Shown here: positions 36,573 through 52,724 of the stretch, one piece after another
Numbering within the stretch: position 1 is the stretch's first letter
How the letters are laid out: the number at the start of each line of letters is the position of its first letter
Assembly (NCBI RefSeq): GCF_009914755.1
Contig: NC_060936.1
Origin: the human T2T-CHM13v2.0 reference genome, Homo sapiens
DNA length: 64,000 bases
Reading direction: 5' to 3' (one strand)
Program-made: the position numbers and the translations under genes
Notes under the pieces: generated by a model
The model's database searches: none
What the model was told of the DNA's origin: nothing
Seen by the model: only the letters and a program-made list of their open reading frames with translations

Positions 36573-36955
36573 GTAAGTAAGACTCAATGCCCTCGACTAA
36601 GTATATTTGAAAGCTTTTGCACAGCATCCCCTAAACATTTTGGATTGATACTTGTTATGGAACAGATTTATGCTGAAAACACAGTCACTCTCACTGAGCT
36701 CATGCCAAACTTAAAGAACTTGGTGTTAGACCAGAGAGTGCAAAATCCAAAATGACATAAATTTCATTGGAAACAAATGGAAGGTTCCCTAGCCTTTTTT
36801 GATATTTATGAACTTGTAAGTGAACTTCTCTGGCAGTTATCATGGAAGATAACGTTTTACCAGTACTTCTTCTGGAACTTTAACATCTGGTATTTCACAT
36901 TGAAATTTTCCATTTTGGTGGTCTTTAGAACTTTTTTATTTTTAATTTTTTACAG

Positions 36956-37012
36956 ATTCCTTATCTAAGGAAAGTTTTAAAAGCCATCTCCAGTATCCAT
37001 TCTTTATGGCAG
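36956..37012 (+). CDS. KNTC1: KNTC1 coding exon (IPYLRKVLKAISSIHSLWQ)
   Basis: ttacag|ATT...CAG|gtatgt; 57 nt. Confidence 0.92.
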
Positions 37013-37709
37013 GTATGTAGTTTTTTAAAATAAATTTTATTGAATTTAGTCTTTATACTTTCTGGCCTTGTGACTGCTGGGGACACTGGATTAAGCAGTC
37101 AGCTCCTTCTTAAATAACAGAACTGAGCCAAGTACAGTGGCTCACTCCTGTAACCCCAACGCTTTGGGAGGCCAAGGTGGAAGGATCACTTGAGCCCAGG
37201 AGTTTGAGGCTGCAGTGAGCCGTGATTGCACCATTGCACTCCAGCTCCGGCCTGGGGAACAGAGCTAGATCCTTTCCCTAAAATAAAGAAAGAAGAAACA
37301 GAACTAATCAGCTGTAGGATGATTAAAGTTGTGCCTGGACCCGTTAATACTCAGCTCACATCACCTCCTGAAGATACTGTTTTCCTGAGTTTTCCAGGCC
37401 TCACGAGTCACATCTTTATTTATGCTCTCAAGACATTTTGGCTCCACTCTGACTTTTGTCACCATATAATTAGTTTTAATTATATGTTGGACTGCCCCTC
37501 ACAGACTTTGAAGATCTTTCATGTCAGATACCCTGGCTTGTTCATCTTTTCTACATTTCACATAAGTTGTGTACCCATATAATCATAATATATATTACGC
37601 AGAAATATATAATTTATTCTTTGTTTGATAAATTAGAACAATATAGAAGTATGCTGAGTAAAACATGAAAATTCCCCCTTACTCTTTCCCTTCATAATTA
37701 TCTCCCTAA

Positions 37710-37952
<243 letters not shown>

Positions 37953-38214
37953 TAGCCAGGATGGTCTCGATCTCCTGACCTTGTGATCCGCCTGCCTCGG
38001 CCTCCCAAAGTGCTGGGATTACAGGTGTGAGCCACCGCACCCGGCCGAGATTTCCTGTTTTACAGGCATGTATGCTATGTGTGTGCATATCTACAGTGTA
38101 TATATGCATTTTTGCACACATAAATGCAATCACATTCTAAACAAAGTGTTGTTTTCACATAACAGTGGTCTCTGGAGATTGTTCCATATCAGCACATGTA
38201 GATCTATCTAATTG

Positions 38215-38770
38215 TTTTATTGAGATACAATTCACATGTAAAATTTATCCTTTTAAAATACACAATGAAGTAGTTTTTGGTATATGCACAGAGTTGTACA
38301 GCCTCACCATTATCTAATTCCAGAACATTTTCCTCACCCCAAAAAGAAAATTCATATCCATTAGCAATCATTCCCCATTCCCCACTCCCTCCAGCCCCCA
38401 GTGACCACTAATTTACTTTCTGTCCATGGATTTGCCTATTCTGGACATTTTGTATCAACAGAATCCCACACTATGTGGGATTTTGTGTCCGGCTTCTTTC
38501 ACTCAGCATCCACATTGTAGCATGGATCAGAACTTCATTCGTCTTTATTGCCAAATAATGTTCCATTATATGGATATACCACTTTTATTTATCCATTTGC
38601 CAGTTGATAAACATTTGAGTTTCTATTTTTGGTCATTATAAATAATGCTGCTATGAACATTTGTGTACAAGTTTTCACTGAACATGTTTTCATTTCTCCT
38701 GAGTATATACCTAGAAGTGGGCTTGTTGGGTCTTACAGTAACTCTATGTTTAGCCTTTTGAGGTATTTTA
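38215..38770 (-). mobile_element. L1MB-like 3' fragment
   Basis: ttattgagatacaattcac...ctatgaacatttgtgtacaag...taactctatgttt. Confidence 0.75.
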
Positions 38771-39828
38771 TTATTTTTAATGCTTGATTATTCTCCAGAA
38801 TATGTGGTAAAATATACCTGAAGTTACTTAACCACTCCTCTATTGATGGAAGTTTACATTTTCTTTCCTCTTTTTTTTCTTTAAATGTATAGAGATGGAG
38901 GTCTTGCTATGTTGCCTAGGCTGGTCTTAGAACTCCTGAGCTGAAACAATCCTCCTGCCTTGGCCTCCCAAAGTACTGGGATTACAGGTGTGAGCCACCG
39001 CGCCTGGCCAGTGTTCTTTCCTTATTCACCTTCTTGAAATTCTTTCTCTTGTCCCCTTCCTTCTTTCCTGTGGCCCTGGCACATAACCGGCTAAGGATTA
39101 ATTTTCTTTTCTGAGTTGGGTTCTGACTTTTTGCCAAATGGAATAATGAATCAGCAAGGATTGTATAATGAGATCCTGAAAGATACAGTTATGAAGAACA
39201 TTATGCTAGAACCTTAATCATCTCAAACAGGGAGATATCAGCTTATGATTTTAGTCATCTGGAATATAAACTATAAATGTACAGTTTTGTGACCATTTAA
39301 CAGCGGCCTCTAGAGAGTGTTCCGTATCAGCGCATAGCGATTTATCTAATTTTTTTGTTGAGATACAATTCACTTGTAAAATTCATCCTTTTGAAAGTAT
39401 ACAATCAAGTAGTTTCTGCTATATTCATAAAATTGTACAACCATCACCATTATCTAATTTCAGAACATTTAGGCTGCAATTTAAAGAGAGTTCATAATAC
39501 CTTTTTCGAGATGGAGTTTCGCTCTGTCACCCAGGCAACCTCCGCCTCCCGGGTTCAAGCGATTCTTGTGTCTCAGCCTCCCGAGTAGCTGGGATTACAA
39601 GCATGCACCACCATGCCTGGCTAATTTTTGTATTTTTAGTAGAGACGGGGTTTTGCCATATTGGCCAGGCTGGTTTCGAACTCCTGACCTCAAGTGATTC
39701 ACCTGCTTCAGCCTTTCAAAGTGCTGGGATTATAGGTGTGAGCCACCGCGCCTGGCCTAGACTGCAAATTAAAGAGAGTTTGTAATATCCTTAACATGAA
39801 TATCCCAAACGTGGACTTGTTTTCACAG

Positions 39829-39883
39829 GTTCCCTACTTCAGCAAAGCGTGGCAGCGTGTGATACAGATACCACTGCTTTCAG
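39829..39883 (+). CDS. KNTC1: KNTC1 coding exon (VPYFSKAWQRVIQIPLLS)
   Basis: tcacag|GTT...TCAG|gtattt; 55 nt. Confidence 0.92.
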
Positions 39884-39968
39884 GTATTTCGCTCTCTGAA
39901 ACATTGGCTACAGCATTTTATAGTTGAGTGTGTGTATATCATGGTTGTTTTTTTTTTTTTGTTTTCAG

Positions 39969-40032
39969 CCTCTTGTCCTTTAAGTCCTGATCAGCTGTCA
40001 GATTGTTCTGAGAGTCTCATCGCTGTCCTCGA
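39969..40032 (+). CDS. KNTC1: KNTC1 coding exon (ASCPLSPDQLSDCSESLIAVL)
   Basis: tttcag|CC...CGA|gtaagc; 64 nt after an 85-nt intron. Confidence 0.92.
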
Positions 40033-40116
40033 GTAAGCAAAATATTTGTTCTACCAAAAAAAAAAAAAGTTTGTTGCTTATAAGATTCCCTTCTAATAGA
40101 TATCTCTAATGAGTAA

Positions 40117-41210
<1,094 letters not shown>

Positions 41211-41965
41211 TATACCAAAATATCTTGATTATTTTTACAATGTCTACTTCCCATGTGTTGTGCGACTAGTAAACTGAGCATTCTCTAAAATGAGTACCTA
41301 CTGTATGAGCATAGAGTACTTTTGGTGACTACCCTAAATCATACAGCGTTGTCGCATATATTTTGAGTCTTCTGGCTGGGTGCGGCGACTCACACCTGTA
41401 ATCCCAGCACTTCGGGAGTCTGAGGCGAGTGGATCACTTGAGGTCAGGAGTTCGAGACCAGCCTGGCCAACGTGGTGAAACCCCGTCTCTACTAAAAATA
41501 TAAAAATGAGCTGGGCATGGTGGCGCATGCCTGTAATCCCAGCTACTCAGGAAGCTGAGGAGGGAGAATCACTTGAACCCGGGAGGTGTTGGTTGCAGTG
41601 AGCTAAGATCATGCCATCGTACTCCAGCCTGGGTGACAGAGCTAGACTGTTTCTCAAAAAAAAAAAAAAAAAAGGTTTTGAGTCTTCTGAGAATTTAGAA
41701 GCCTATCTTTAGGCATCTGTAGGCTTTCAGACATAATCATGATAGCAAACAGTAGTCCGTGTTCCCATGGGTAAATTCTTTTATTCTGTGTAGAGTGCTG
41801 TCAAAGACTTGTGTTACTCATTCCTAAGCATATGTCATGCACCAGCACTTTAGTGTTTAAAATTATTGAAAACTTGGACAGGCAGATGACTATGGAAAGC
41901 TAGAAAGGCCAATATAATCTAGTGAATCTGCCAGATTATTAACTAATTAATGTTCTCTCTCGAAG

Positions 41966-42095
41966 ATGTCCAGTCTCAGGTGATCTTGACCTGATCGGAG
42001 TCGCCAGGCAGTATATCCAGTTAGAACTTCCGGCTTTTGCATTAGCTTGTCTGATGCTCATGCCCCACTCAGAGAAAAGACATCAGCAAATTAAG
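41966..42095 (+). CDS. KNTC1: KNTC1 coding exon (ECPVSGDLDLIG...RHQQIK)
   Basis: tcgaag|A...AAG|gtatcg; 130 nt. Confidence 0.92.
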
Positions 42096-43367
42096 GTATC
42101 GTGCACATGATTCCTCTGGGCTGCCAAGGAAATAGAAGGTTTCATCTTGCATGTCCCTTGCAAAAGGTCGCATTTTCATTTCAGCAAACCTGTAAAGCAT
42201 GAATACATCAGATATGTGTGAAGCTTGTATGGGGGCTTAGTGGGAGGTAAGACTGAAAGATAGATTAAGGTCCAGCTGAGGGCTGTCTTACAAGGGGTTT
42301 GGGCCTTATTGTCTATCAGTGGGGAAACAAGTGATTATTTTAGAACAGCAAACTGAAATGATGAAGGAATTATTTTAAAAGGAATAACCCATTAACCCAT
42401 GTAGGCTTGGACAGAGGAGAGGACAAGAAGTGAAACAGTTGGGAAGATGTTGCATTTGAGTAGAATTTTATCCCACTTGATCTCTTCATAGCAACCTTGT
42501 GCATAGGCAGGGAAGGCTTGAGGGTTAAGTACCCATGATAGGGTCTGGTAATGAACTTGAACAAGACAAGAAGGCTACAAGGAAGGCAGCAGACTTAGCA
42601 ATTGAATGTGGGAGATAGAAGAGGGGGAGAGTCAGATTTTATGTGTGGGTGCCCATCAGAAGGAGCCACAAGCATTTTGGGGATAGAACTTTTAAAAATA
42701 ACTCTCATTTCCTTTATAATAGAGAACAAGTAGAACAAAGCATTTTGGAATGTTTTACAGTTATCTTCCCTGCAGGTAGATATACCAGTAGATAGAGATC
42801 TACATAAATGAACATACATGCATTCAGGCTTTTTCGTTTGTTTGTTTTTTGTGTTTTGTTTTTTGAGAGTCTCTGTCACCCAGGCTGGAGTCCAGTGGTG
42901 CAATCTCAGCTCACTGCAGCCTCCCTCCCGGGTTCAAGTGACTCCCAAGTAGCTGACGTTACGGGCTCCTGCCACCACGCCCGGCTAACTTTTGTATTTT
43001 TAGTAGAGACAGGGTTTTGCTATGTTGGCCAGGCAGGTCTCGAACTCCTGACCTGAGGCAATCCGCTGGCCTTGGCCTCCCAAAGTGTTGGGATTATAGG
43101 CATGAGCCACTGCGCCCAGCTGAACATGCATATTTTTTATTTGTCATTTGGCTTATTAATTACATTTTTAAAAGCCATCTGTTCTTGTCTTTGACTTTTT
43201 CCCCTCTTTTCATCATTCATACACTCATTCCTTGATGTCGTTCAGTGTTTCAGTATTTAAATAGATTTCTTTTGGCACTTAGAAGAGCAAAATACCTGAT
43301 CAACGGCTCTTGCTGTTGGAATAAATAATAACAATTTTCTATTAATTCTGCTTTGATTTTTCTCTAG

Positions 43368-43457
43368 AATTTTCTGGGTTCCTGTGACCCTCAGGTTATT
43401 TTAAAGCAATTGGAAGAGCATATGAACACGGGCCAGCTAGCAGGATTTTCACATCAA
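43368..43457 (+). CDS. KNTC1: KNTC1 coding exon (NFLGSCDPQVIL...AGFSHQ)
   Basis: ctctag|AAT...CAA|gtaaga; 90 nt. Confidence 0.93.
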
Positions 43458-43867
43458 GTAAGAGGCGATTTCATCTCCTTTTTGCTATGAAAATGTTGAT
43501 ACTAGAAGGTAGTCATTTTCCCAAACCAAGAGTAAGCTGAAAACTGCTATGTCTAGCTGTTTGTTTATGTATAGAATTATTTTGCTTTTACTAAAACCTC
43601 AGTAAATTTTTTAAGAGGCAGGGACCCTGAGCGTCTTGTTGACTGCTGTACTCCATGGAAAATTTGTAGCCTTAAGTGCTTTTAATTGAAAACAGATCTT
43701 CTTCCTCATAAAAAGTCTCAAAGTGCACAACAACAATTACTTTATTTATTGACTGATGCTGACAGGCCTCCTTTCCCTTTTTACCCCCTCAAAAAGGAGG
43801 CGCAGTCACAATGCAGTGCTAATTGGGCTTCCGATTGTCAGAAATGTTTTGATATTGAATAAAGGCT

Positions 43868-43963
43868 TGATACCTGTCATTCTATAGATTAGAAGTCTGA
43901 TTCTAATAGATTAGAAGTCTGATCTTAATGATACCTGTCATTCTATAGATTAGAAGTCTGATT
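43868..43963 (+). repeat. Direct duplication (35 bp x2 plus an 18-bp partial copy) spanning a splice acceptor
   Basis: TGATACCTGTCATTCTATAGATTAGAAGTCTGATT at 43868-43902 and 43929-43963; ATAGATTAGAAGTCTGAT at 43906-43923. Confidence 0.95.
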
Positions 43964-44094
43964 TTGAATAATATCATCAATAAGAAGGAGTTTGGGATTT
44001 TGGCAAAGACCAAATACTTTCAAATGTTGAAGATGCATGCGATGAATACCAACAATATCACTGAGCTAGTGAACTATTTGGCAAATGACTTAAG
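43949..44094 (+). CDS. KNTC1: KNTC1 coding exon (IRSLILNNIINKK...LANDL); uses the third of three duplicated acceptors
   Basis: ctatag|ATT...TAAG|gtaagt; 146 nt; only this acceptor keeps the frame open. Confidence 0.9.
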
Positions 44095-44122
44095 GTAAGT
44101 TAATTAAAAAAAAAAAAACTTA

Positions 44123-44449
<327 letters not shown>

Positions 44450-45156
44450 CTATCTTTATGTTGGAGCAGAATGTCAACTGTAGAGCTATTTGGTTGTAAT
44501 TAAAAGCTCAAAATATTACATCTCTCATTACTGCACATATCCAAAAGTTAATCATTTAATAACCCAATTTCTTGGAATATGACCTTAGAATCTGACAATT
44601 AAACAGGTCATCTGAACCCCCAAATCAAGTGTCTCACAGCCCTGTTCTAAATCCTACATTACAATTTTATGTCTAGACACTTGCTCAGAACATTAATGAC
44701 TTTATGTAGCATCACTTTTGTTAAACCTGGTTATCTAATTTTCCAGCACCCACAAGTTTAGAAACAATAAGCTTCTTGGGATAGAGCTGGGGGTGGATAT
44801 GGAAACTGAACGGGAGAAGGAAGAAGTGGGCTGACACTAAAGAAAGGGAAGTTCAAGACCGCAGTACACACCAGATCCATCCCTGCATGTGGTCTAGCCA
44901 TGTTGGCGCTTGAGAGGTCTTTCTTTCTCATTACCACTCCATGGATTTCCATCTGCTTGTTTATCTCTTGTGATCCAGCCATAATTAGATATTGTCATTT
45001 TTGAGCAAGTATTTTTTGAGTTATAATTGATACATATAATAAGCTGGACATACTTGAAGTCTGCAATTTAGTAAATTTTGACATATGTATACCTATAAAG
45101 CCATCACCACAATCAAGAGAGTGAACATAATTCTCTGAAAGTTTCCTCATGCCCTC

Positions 45157-45743
<587 letters not shown>

Positions 45744-45780
45744 CCTCTTTTTCTTTTCTTTTCTTTTCTTTTTGAAATAG

Positions 45781-45936
<156 letters not shown>

Positions 45937-46084
45937 TAGAGACAGGGCTTTGCCATGTTGCCCAGGCTAGTCTCAAACTCCTGGACCCAAGCCATCTGTA
46001 CATCTTGGCCTCCCTGAGTGCCGGGATTGTAGGCACAAGGCACTGTGCTTGGCCTAACACTTCTTTTTCTTTTTGATTTTGTAG

Positions 46085-46175
46085 TTTAGATGAAGCTTCA
46101 GTCTTGATAACTGAATATTCAAAGCACTGCGGGAAACCTGTGCCTCCAGACACTGCTCCCTGTGAAATTCTGAAG
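46085..46175 (+). CDS. KNTC1: KNTC1 penultimate coding exon (SLDEASVLITEY...CEILK)
   Basis: ttgtag|T...AAG|gtaaag; 91 nt. Confidence 0.93.
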
Positions 46176-46588
46176 GTAAAGCTGATGGAAAGTTCTTAGG
46201 TTCTAACTTGACATTGTTTATATTCCTAGGGCCTTAAAATTGACAAGCCTTTTCTAGTGTTCTGGAGATAAATGTATTTTTATGTGTAACTGTAATTTTT
46301 ATATTTTACTTTTTGTGTTAGAGAGTTCTAAACTAGAAATCAAGAGACCACAGTTCTAATCTCAGCCCTGCCACTGGGCAGCAAAGCCTAATGTGGGCTT
46401 AGTCTTCAGATCTGGACCCCATGGTCTCTCAGGTGCTTTCCAGCATTACCATTCCTCATAAGGTGGTGTTTTTAATATTGAAGCAGGTGAAAAACTGAAT
46501 TCTAAAAGGTGTTGATTATTGTCATGCTTGGGTATTAATTGCTTTTTAAATTAATTATTATTCTTTAATTACCTAAAACGTATATTCA

Positions 46589-47059
<471 letters not shown>

Positions 47060-47691
47060 TCAAAACAAAACAAAACAAAAAAAAAAAACAAAGGAAAAAG
47101 AGAAATATGAAAGAGCCAAAAGAAAGAGAAAAATACTAAACTGATCTTCAAAATCTCACTACCCAGACATAGGATCACTGTTAACATTTTGCTGTACATT
47201 CTTCCAAATTTTTTGTATGTAAAATGTGCACATAATTTATTTTTACTCCCATTTTGAACTTAAGTGCCAGGTAAAATTTTTACTTTGATCATATTTTGGT
47301 AGCTGTATTTTTTATTTGCTGTTTTTCAGATCGGAATATTTTGGTAGCTTTAGTAAACCTAGGTATCGTGGCTTTTTTCTTCCTTTGGTCCAAATCAGGC
47401 ATATTAGAATGAGCCCGCATTTTGTTACCGCCCATTAATAACTTACAGGGCTTACCTCCAGGTGGTTGTGCTCAATGCCATAAGATTACTTTTTTTTTCA
47501 GAAGGGGAGAGTATTGATTCGGGAGATAAATTTGTGGCGTTTAAAATCTGTTTCTCTCTAATCTAAAATGCCAAATAGTTTGATATGTAGATTCGTATCA
47601 CTTCACTTAAGTTCTGTAGTTTATCTGACCATTTTCAATTTGAAAAACTAAGTGACTTATAAAAATCACTTCTGTGTTTCTTCCCATTTAG

Positions 47692-47715
47692 ATGTTTCTT
47701 AGTGGATTATCGTAA
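47692..47715 (+). CDS. KNTC1: KNTC1 last coding exon (MFLSGLS*)
   Basis: atttag|ATG TTT CTT AGT GGA TTA TCG TAA. Confidence 0.9.
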   Translation: MFLSGLS

Positions 47716-47843
47716 ATCACTGAACCTTTTTTTCAAGAAGGACAAGAATTTTGGAGTCTGCTATTAATGGACCATATTTATTACAGTTTTTAAATTGTAC
47801 AATCTCTGTATTATAGCTATTTGTCTAACATTACCCCACATGT

Positions 47844-47853
47844 AATAAATAAA
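47844..47853 (+). terminator. KNTC1 polyadenylation signal (two overlapping AATAAA)
   Basis: AATAAATAAA ~130 nt after the stop; TGTA elements at 47796, 47807, 47841. Confidence 0.85.
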
Positions 47854-48099
47854 ACAATATGAGCATAATTGCCCCATAAAGAACTCATGTCCTGAATTAA
47901 TAAGTCTTTTCATTGCCAGTCACTTGTGCAATTTATAGAGACTATCAACTTTTTTGCACCATATATGAAGGAAACAAAGTGCAAAAAGTTTGCTCTCTCC
48001 CTTAAGAAAATTGAGTGCTTATAGCCTATGTCTTCCATATAAAAAAGTAAGAATATCAGTCTTTTTAATGTTATTCTAAGAAAATATTGGTATAATTTT

Positions 48100-48620
48100 A
48101 GTGGCAGAGTTTATCAGTCAGAAAAATAAAAGCCACTCTAGATATGCCAAGCAGAGAAGAATTTCATGCCAGGGATTGGCTATAAAGTTCTTCAAAAGAC
48201 TGAAAGAACAGAAGGGAGGTAGAAGCGGGAGCCAGACAAAAGGGAAGAAGGGCTTTGCAGCCACAGATCAGGAGCTGCTCCGGCCCTTGGCTTGGAGCCC
48301 CGAGCCCACATTTGCCACTGAGCTGTCGGAGCTGCTGTGGCCACTGCAGTGCTCAGAAGCCCAGGAGTCTCTTTGCCAGTGCTGCTGACAACTTAACACT
48401 GCTGCTGTCCAGGCTGCCAAGCCCACCACCAAAAGAAGAAACATCTCTGCACTTTCTCCAAGCTTCTAATTTTTACCCCAGTGCCAAGAAATAGCAGAAC
48501 CAAACTGGAAGCCACCTGGCTAGAAGTCTGGGAGGAGTGGTCCGCAACTGTAAACCCCCAGCACTGCAGCCGGTGGCCTAGAAAGGCGTGTGGAGCAAAA
48601 AGCCAGCACACAGAAGTGTT
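48100..48620. mobile_element. Probable ancient LTR fragment (LTR78/79-like)
   Basis: cagtcagaaaaataaaagccactctagatat...cagggattgg resembles recalled ancient-LTR termini; family uncertain. Confidence 0.35.
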
Positions 48621-49760
48621 AATTACACCTGTTATTCTGACTTTGTAGTCCTTTGCCATACTTGCGAATAACTTAAGTGAATTTGATGTTACTGGAATTA
48701 GTTTGCCTTTATTTTGCCAGTTGAAAAAAAAGATTTCTAAAAAACTCAATGAAACATGATTCAACACAGGTTTCGAAGTAAAATAAGTCTGGATTTGAGT
48801 TCTAGTTCTATCACTTACTAGCTGTGTGGGCCTGAACAAGTTATTTAATTTCCCACAGAGAGAAACAGGGTGGTGTTGCTGTCACCCAGGCTGGAGTGTA
48901 GTGTTATGACCATAGCTCACTGCAACCCTGAACCCCTGTGCTTAAGGGATCCTCCTGCTTCAGCCTCCCGAGTATCTGGGACTACAGGCACACACCACCA
49001 TGCTTTCCTGATTTTTAAATTTTTTTGTAGAGATAAGGTCTTGCTTTCTTGCCCAGGCTGGTCTTGAACTCTAGGCCTCAAGTAATCCTCCCACCTTGGC
49101 CTCCCTAAGTACTGGTATGACAGGCATGAGCCACCTTGCTTGGCCCAATTTCTCACCATCTTAATTCCCTCAAACTGAGGACAGTAAAAGTATCTACCTT
49201 CTAGTGGCAGGAGGTTTGAATCAGTTCGTATAAAGCATCTAGGCCAGGCACGGTGGCTCACGCCTATAATCCCAGCACTTTGGGAGACCATGGTGAGCAG
49301 ATCATGAGGTCTGGAGATCGAGACCATCCTGGCTAACATGGTGAAACCCCATCTCTCCTAAAAATACAAAAAATTAGCCAGGCGTGGTGATGCATGCCTG
49401 TAATCCCAGCTTCTCAGGGGGCTGAGGTGGGAGAATCACTTGAACCCAGCAGGCAGAGGTTGCAGTGAGCAGAGATCATGCCACTGCACTCCAGCCTGGA
49501 TGATAGGGCAAGGGCAAGACTCTGTCTAAAAAGAAAAAAAAAAAAAAATGCGTCTAGCACAGTACCCGAGTGCCAAAAATGCTAGTTATTACGAGTATAT
49601 AGGCTTCTATTTAGCTAATTGCAAGTTTTTAAATTGCAGTTTCAATAATAAAATTATTTTACACTTTGAAGGTGTTATACTGTTTCTCCACAATAATTAG
49701 TTTAAAAATGCAAGTTACTTAATTTGCAATGATATTTTAATGACATTTGACCTATATTTA

Positions 49761-50062
<302 letters not shown>

Positions 50063-50265
50063 TCAGTGAGCCAAGATCAAGCCACTATACTCCAGCCTGG
50101 GCAACAGAGTGAGACTCCATCTCAAAAAAAAAAAAAAATAGCTGGGCTGGGCATGGTGGCTCATACCTGTAATCCCAGCACTTAGGGAGGACTAAGTTAG
50201 CGGATTGCTTAAGCCCAGGAGTTCGAGACCAGACTGGGCAACATAGTGAAACCTTGTCTCTACTA

Positions 50266-50524
<259 letters not shown>

Positions 50525-52255
50525 CTATCACCCAGGCTGGAGTGCAGTGAAGCAATCATAGCTCACTGCAGCCTCAAACTCCTGAGCTCAAGCAATCCTG
50601 TTGCCTCAGCCTCTTGAGTAGCTGGGACCATACAGGTGCATGTCACCACACTCAGCCAATTTTTTTTTTTTTTTTGTAGAGCTAGGACCTTGGTATGCTG
50701 CCCAGGCTGGTCTCAAACTCCTGGCCTCAGGCAATCTTCCTGAGTTGCTGGGATTAGAGATGTGAACCACTGTGCATGGCCCAAAGGGCTTTGGAACATG
50801 TGAAAAGAAAACCTCCCTAATGCTAATAAAAATGCAAATTAAAACTACCTTAGATTCCATTTTTTACTTGCCAGAATGGCAAAAATTAAAGTTTGATAAC
50901 TGGACAAAATTATCAGAAAATTTATTCTCATATCTTGGTGGAAATTTAAATTTGTATAAGTTCTTTGGAGGACAATTTGACAATCTCTTCAAAATTACAA
51001 ATATGCATACCTTTTGACCCAACTATTCCACTTCTAGGAACACACACTTGTAAGTTACTCACTATGCCATTATTCTCGGAGGAAACGTTTGGAAACAACC
51101 AAAGTACTCATCAGGAGGGGAATGTAGGCCTGGCATGATGGCTCACACCTGTTACCATAGGACTTTGGGAGGCCAAGGTGGAAGGATCACTTGAGGCCAG
51201 GAGTTTGAAACCAGTCTGGACAACATAGTAAGACCTCATCTCTACAAAGAAAAAAATTTTTTTAAAGAAGGGAATGGGCTAACTGCATGTGGCCATATAC
51301 AGAATGAGGAAGTACTCAGTCCTTCTATACAAGTTTCTGGACAGACTGGCATCCTTTATTAGCCCCCCTAAAATGTGTTGGAAGACAAAATTTAGATAAT
51401 GGAAGTACCTGCCTTGATTGATTGACTTAATGTAGACGGAGTCTCACTATGTTGCCCAAGCTGGCCTTGAACTCCTGAGCTCAAGCAGTCCTCCCACCTC
51501 AGCCTCCTGAGTAGCTGTCTATGATTTTATTTTTATTTATTTATTTACATATCATTTATTTATTTATTTTTGAGACAGAATCTCCTTCACCCAGGCTGAG
51601 TACAGTGGCAAAATTTTGGCTCACTGCAACCTCCGCCTTCTGGGTTCAAGTGCTTCTCGTGCCTCAGCATCTCAAGTAGCTGGGATTACAAACACACCAC
51701 CATGCCTGGCTAATTTTTGTATTTTAGTAGAAACGGCATTTCACCACGTTGCCCAGGCTCATCTTGAACTCCTGAGTTCAAGCCATCTGTCCGCCTCAGC
51801 CTCCCAAAGTGCTGGGATTACAGACGTGAGCCACCGTGCCTAGCCTATGTTTAAATGAGGAAAACATGTTCTTGGCCCATCCAGAAACCCCAACCAGTCT
51901 TCCAGATACCACTAAAACAAAACATTTAACATGCCACCAACAGTTTGCAGAATAAAACCTGATTTTTTTAATGCCTGTAAATTCAATATTGGATAAGTTC
52001 ATATCATAAAAAAACAAAATTAGACTGCCTATCCACATTCAATTTTCTTTCACCCCAATAAATGTATATTGTAATTGAACAGTGAAATAACTTGGCCGGA
52101 CATGGTGGCTCACACCTGTGATCTCAGCACTTTGGGAGGCTGAGGTGAATGGATAACCTGAGGTCAGGAGTTTGAGACCAGCCTGGCCAACATGGTGAAA
52201 CTCAGTTAAAATACAAAATTAGCCGGACGTGGTGGCGCACCTATAATCCCAGCTA

Positions 52256-52724
<469 letters not shown>

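Noticed and set aside
42096-42103. Donor GTATCG resembling a U12-type 5' splice site
   Set aside because: The U12 consensus needs RTATCCTT; this reads GTATCGTG, so U2-type.
48101-48839. ORFs of 79-148 aa just downstream of KNTC1
   Set aside because: No recognisable protein, near-cognate starts, overlap a probable ancient LTR or MIR.
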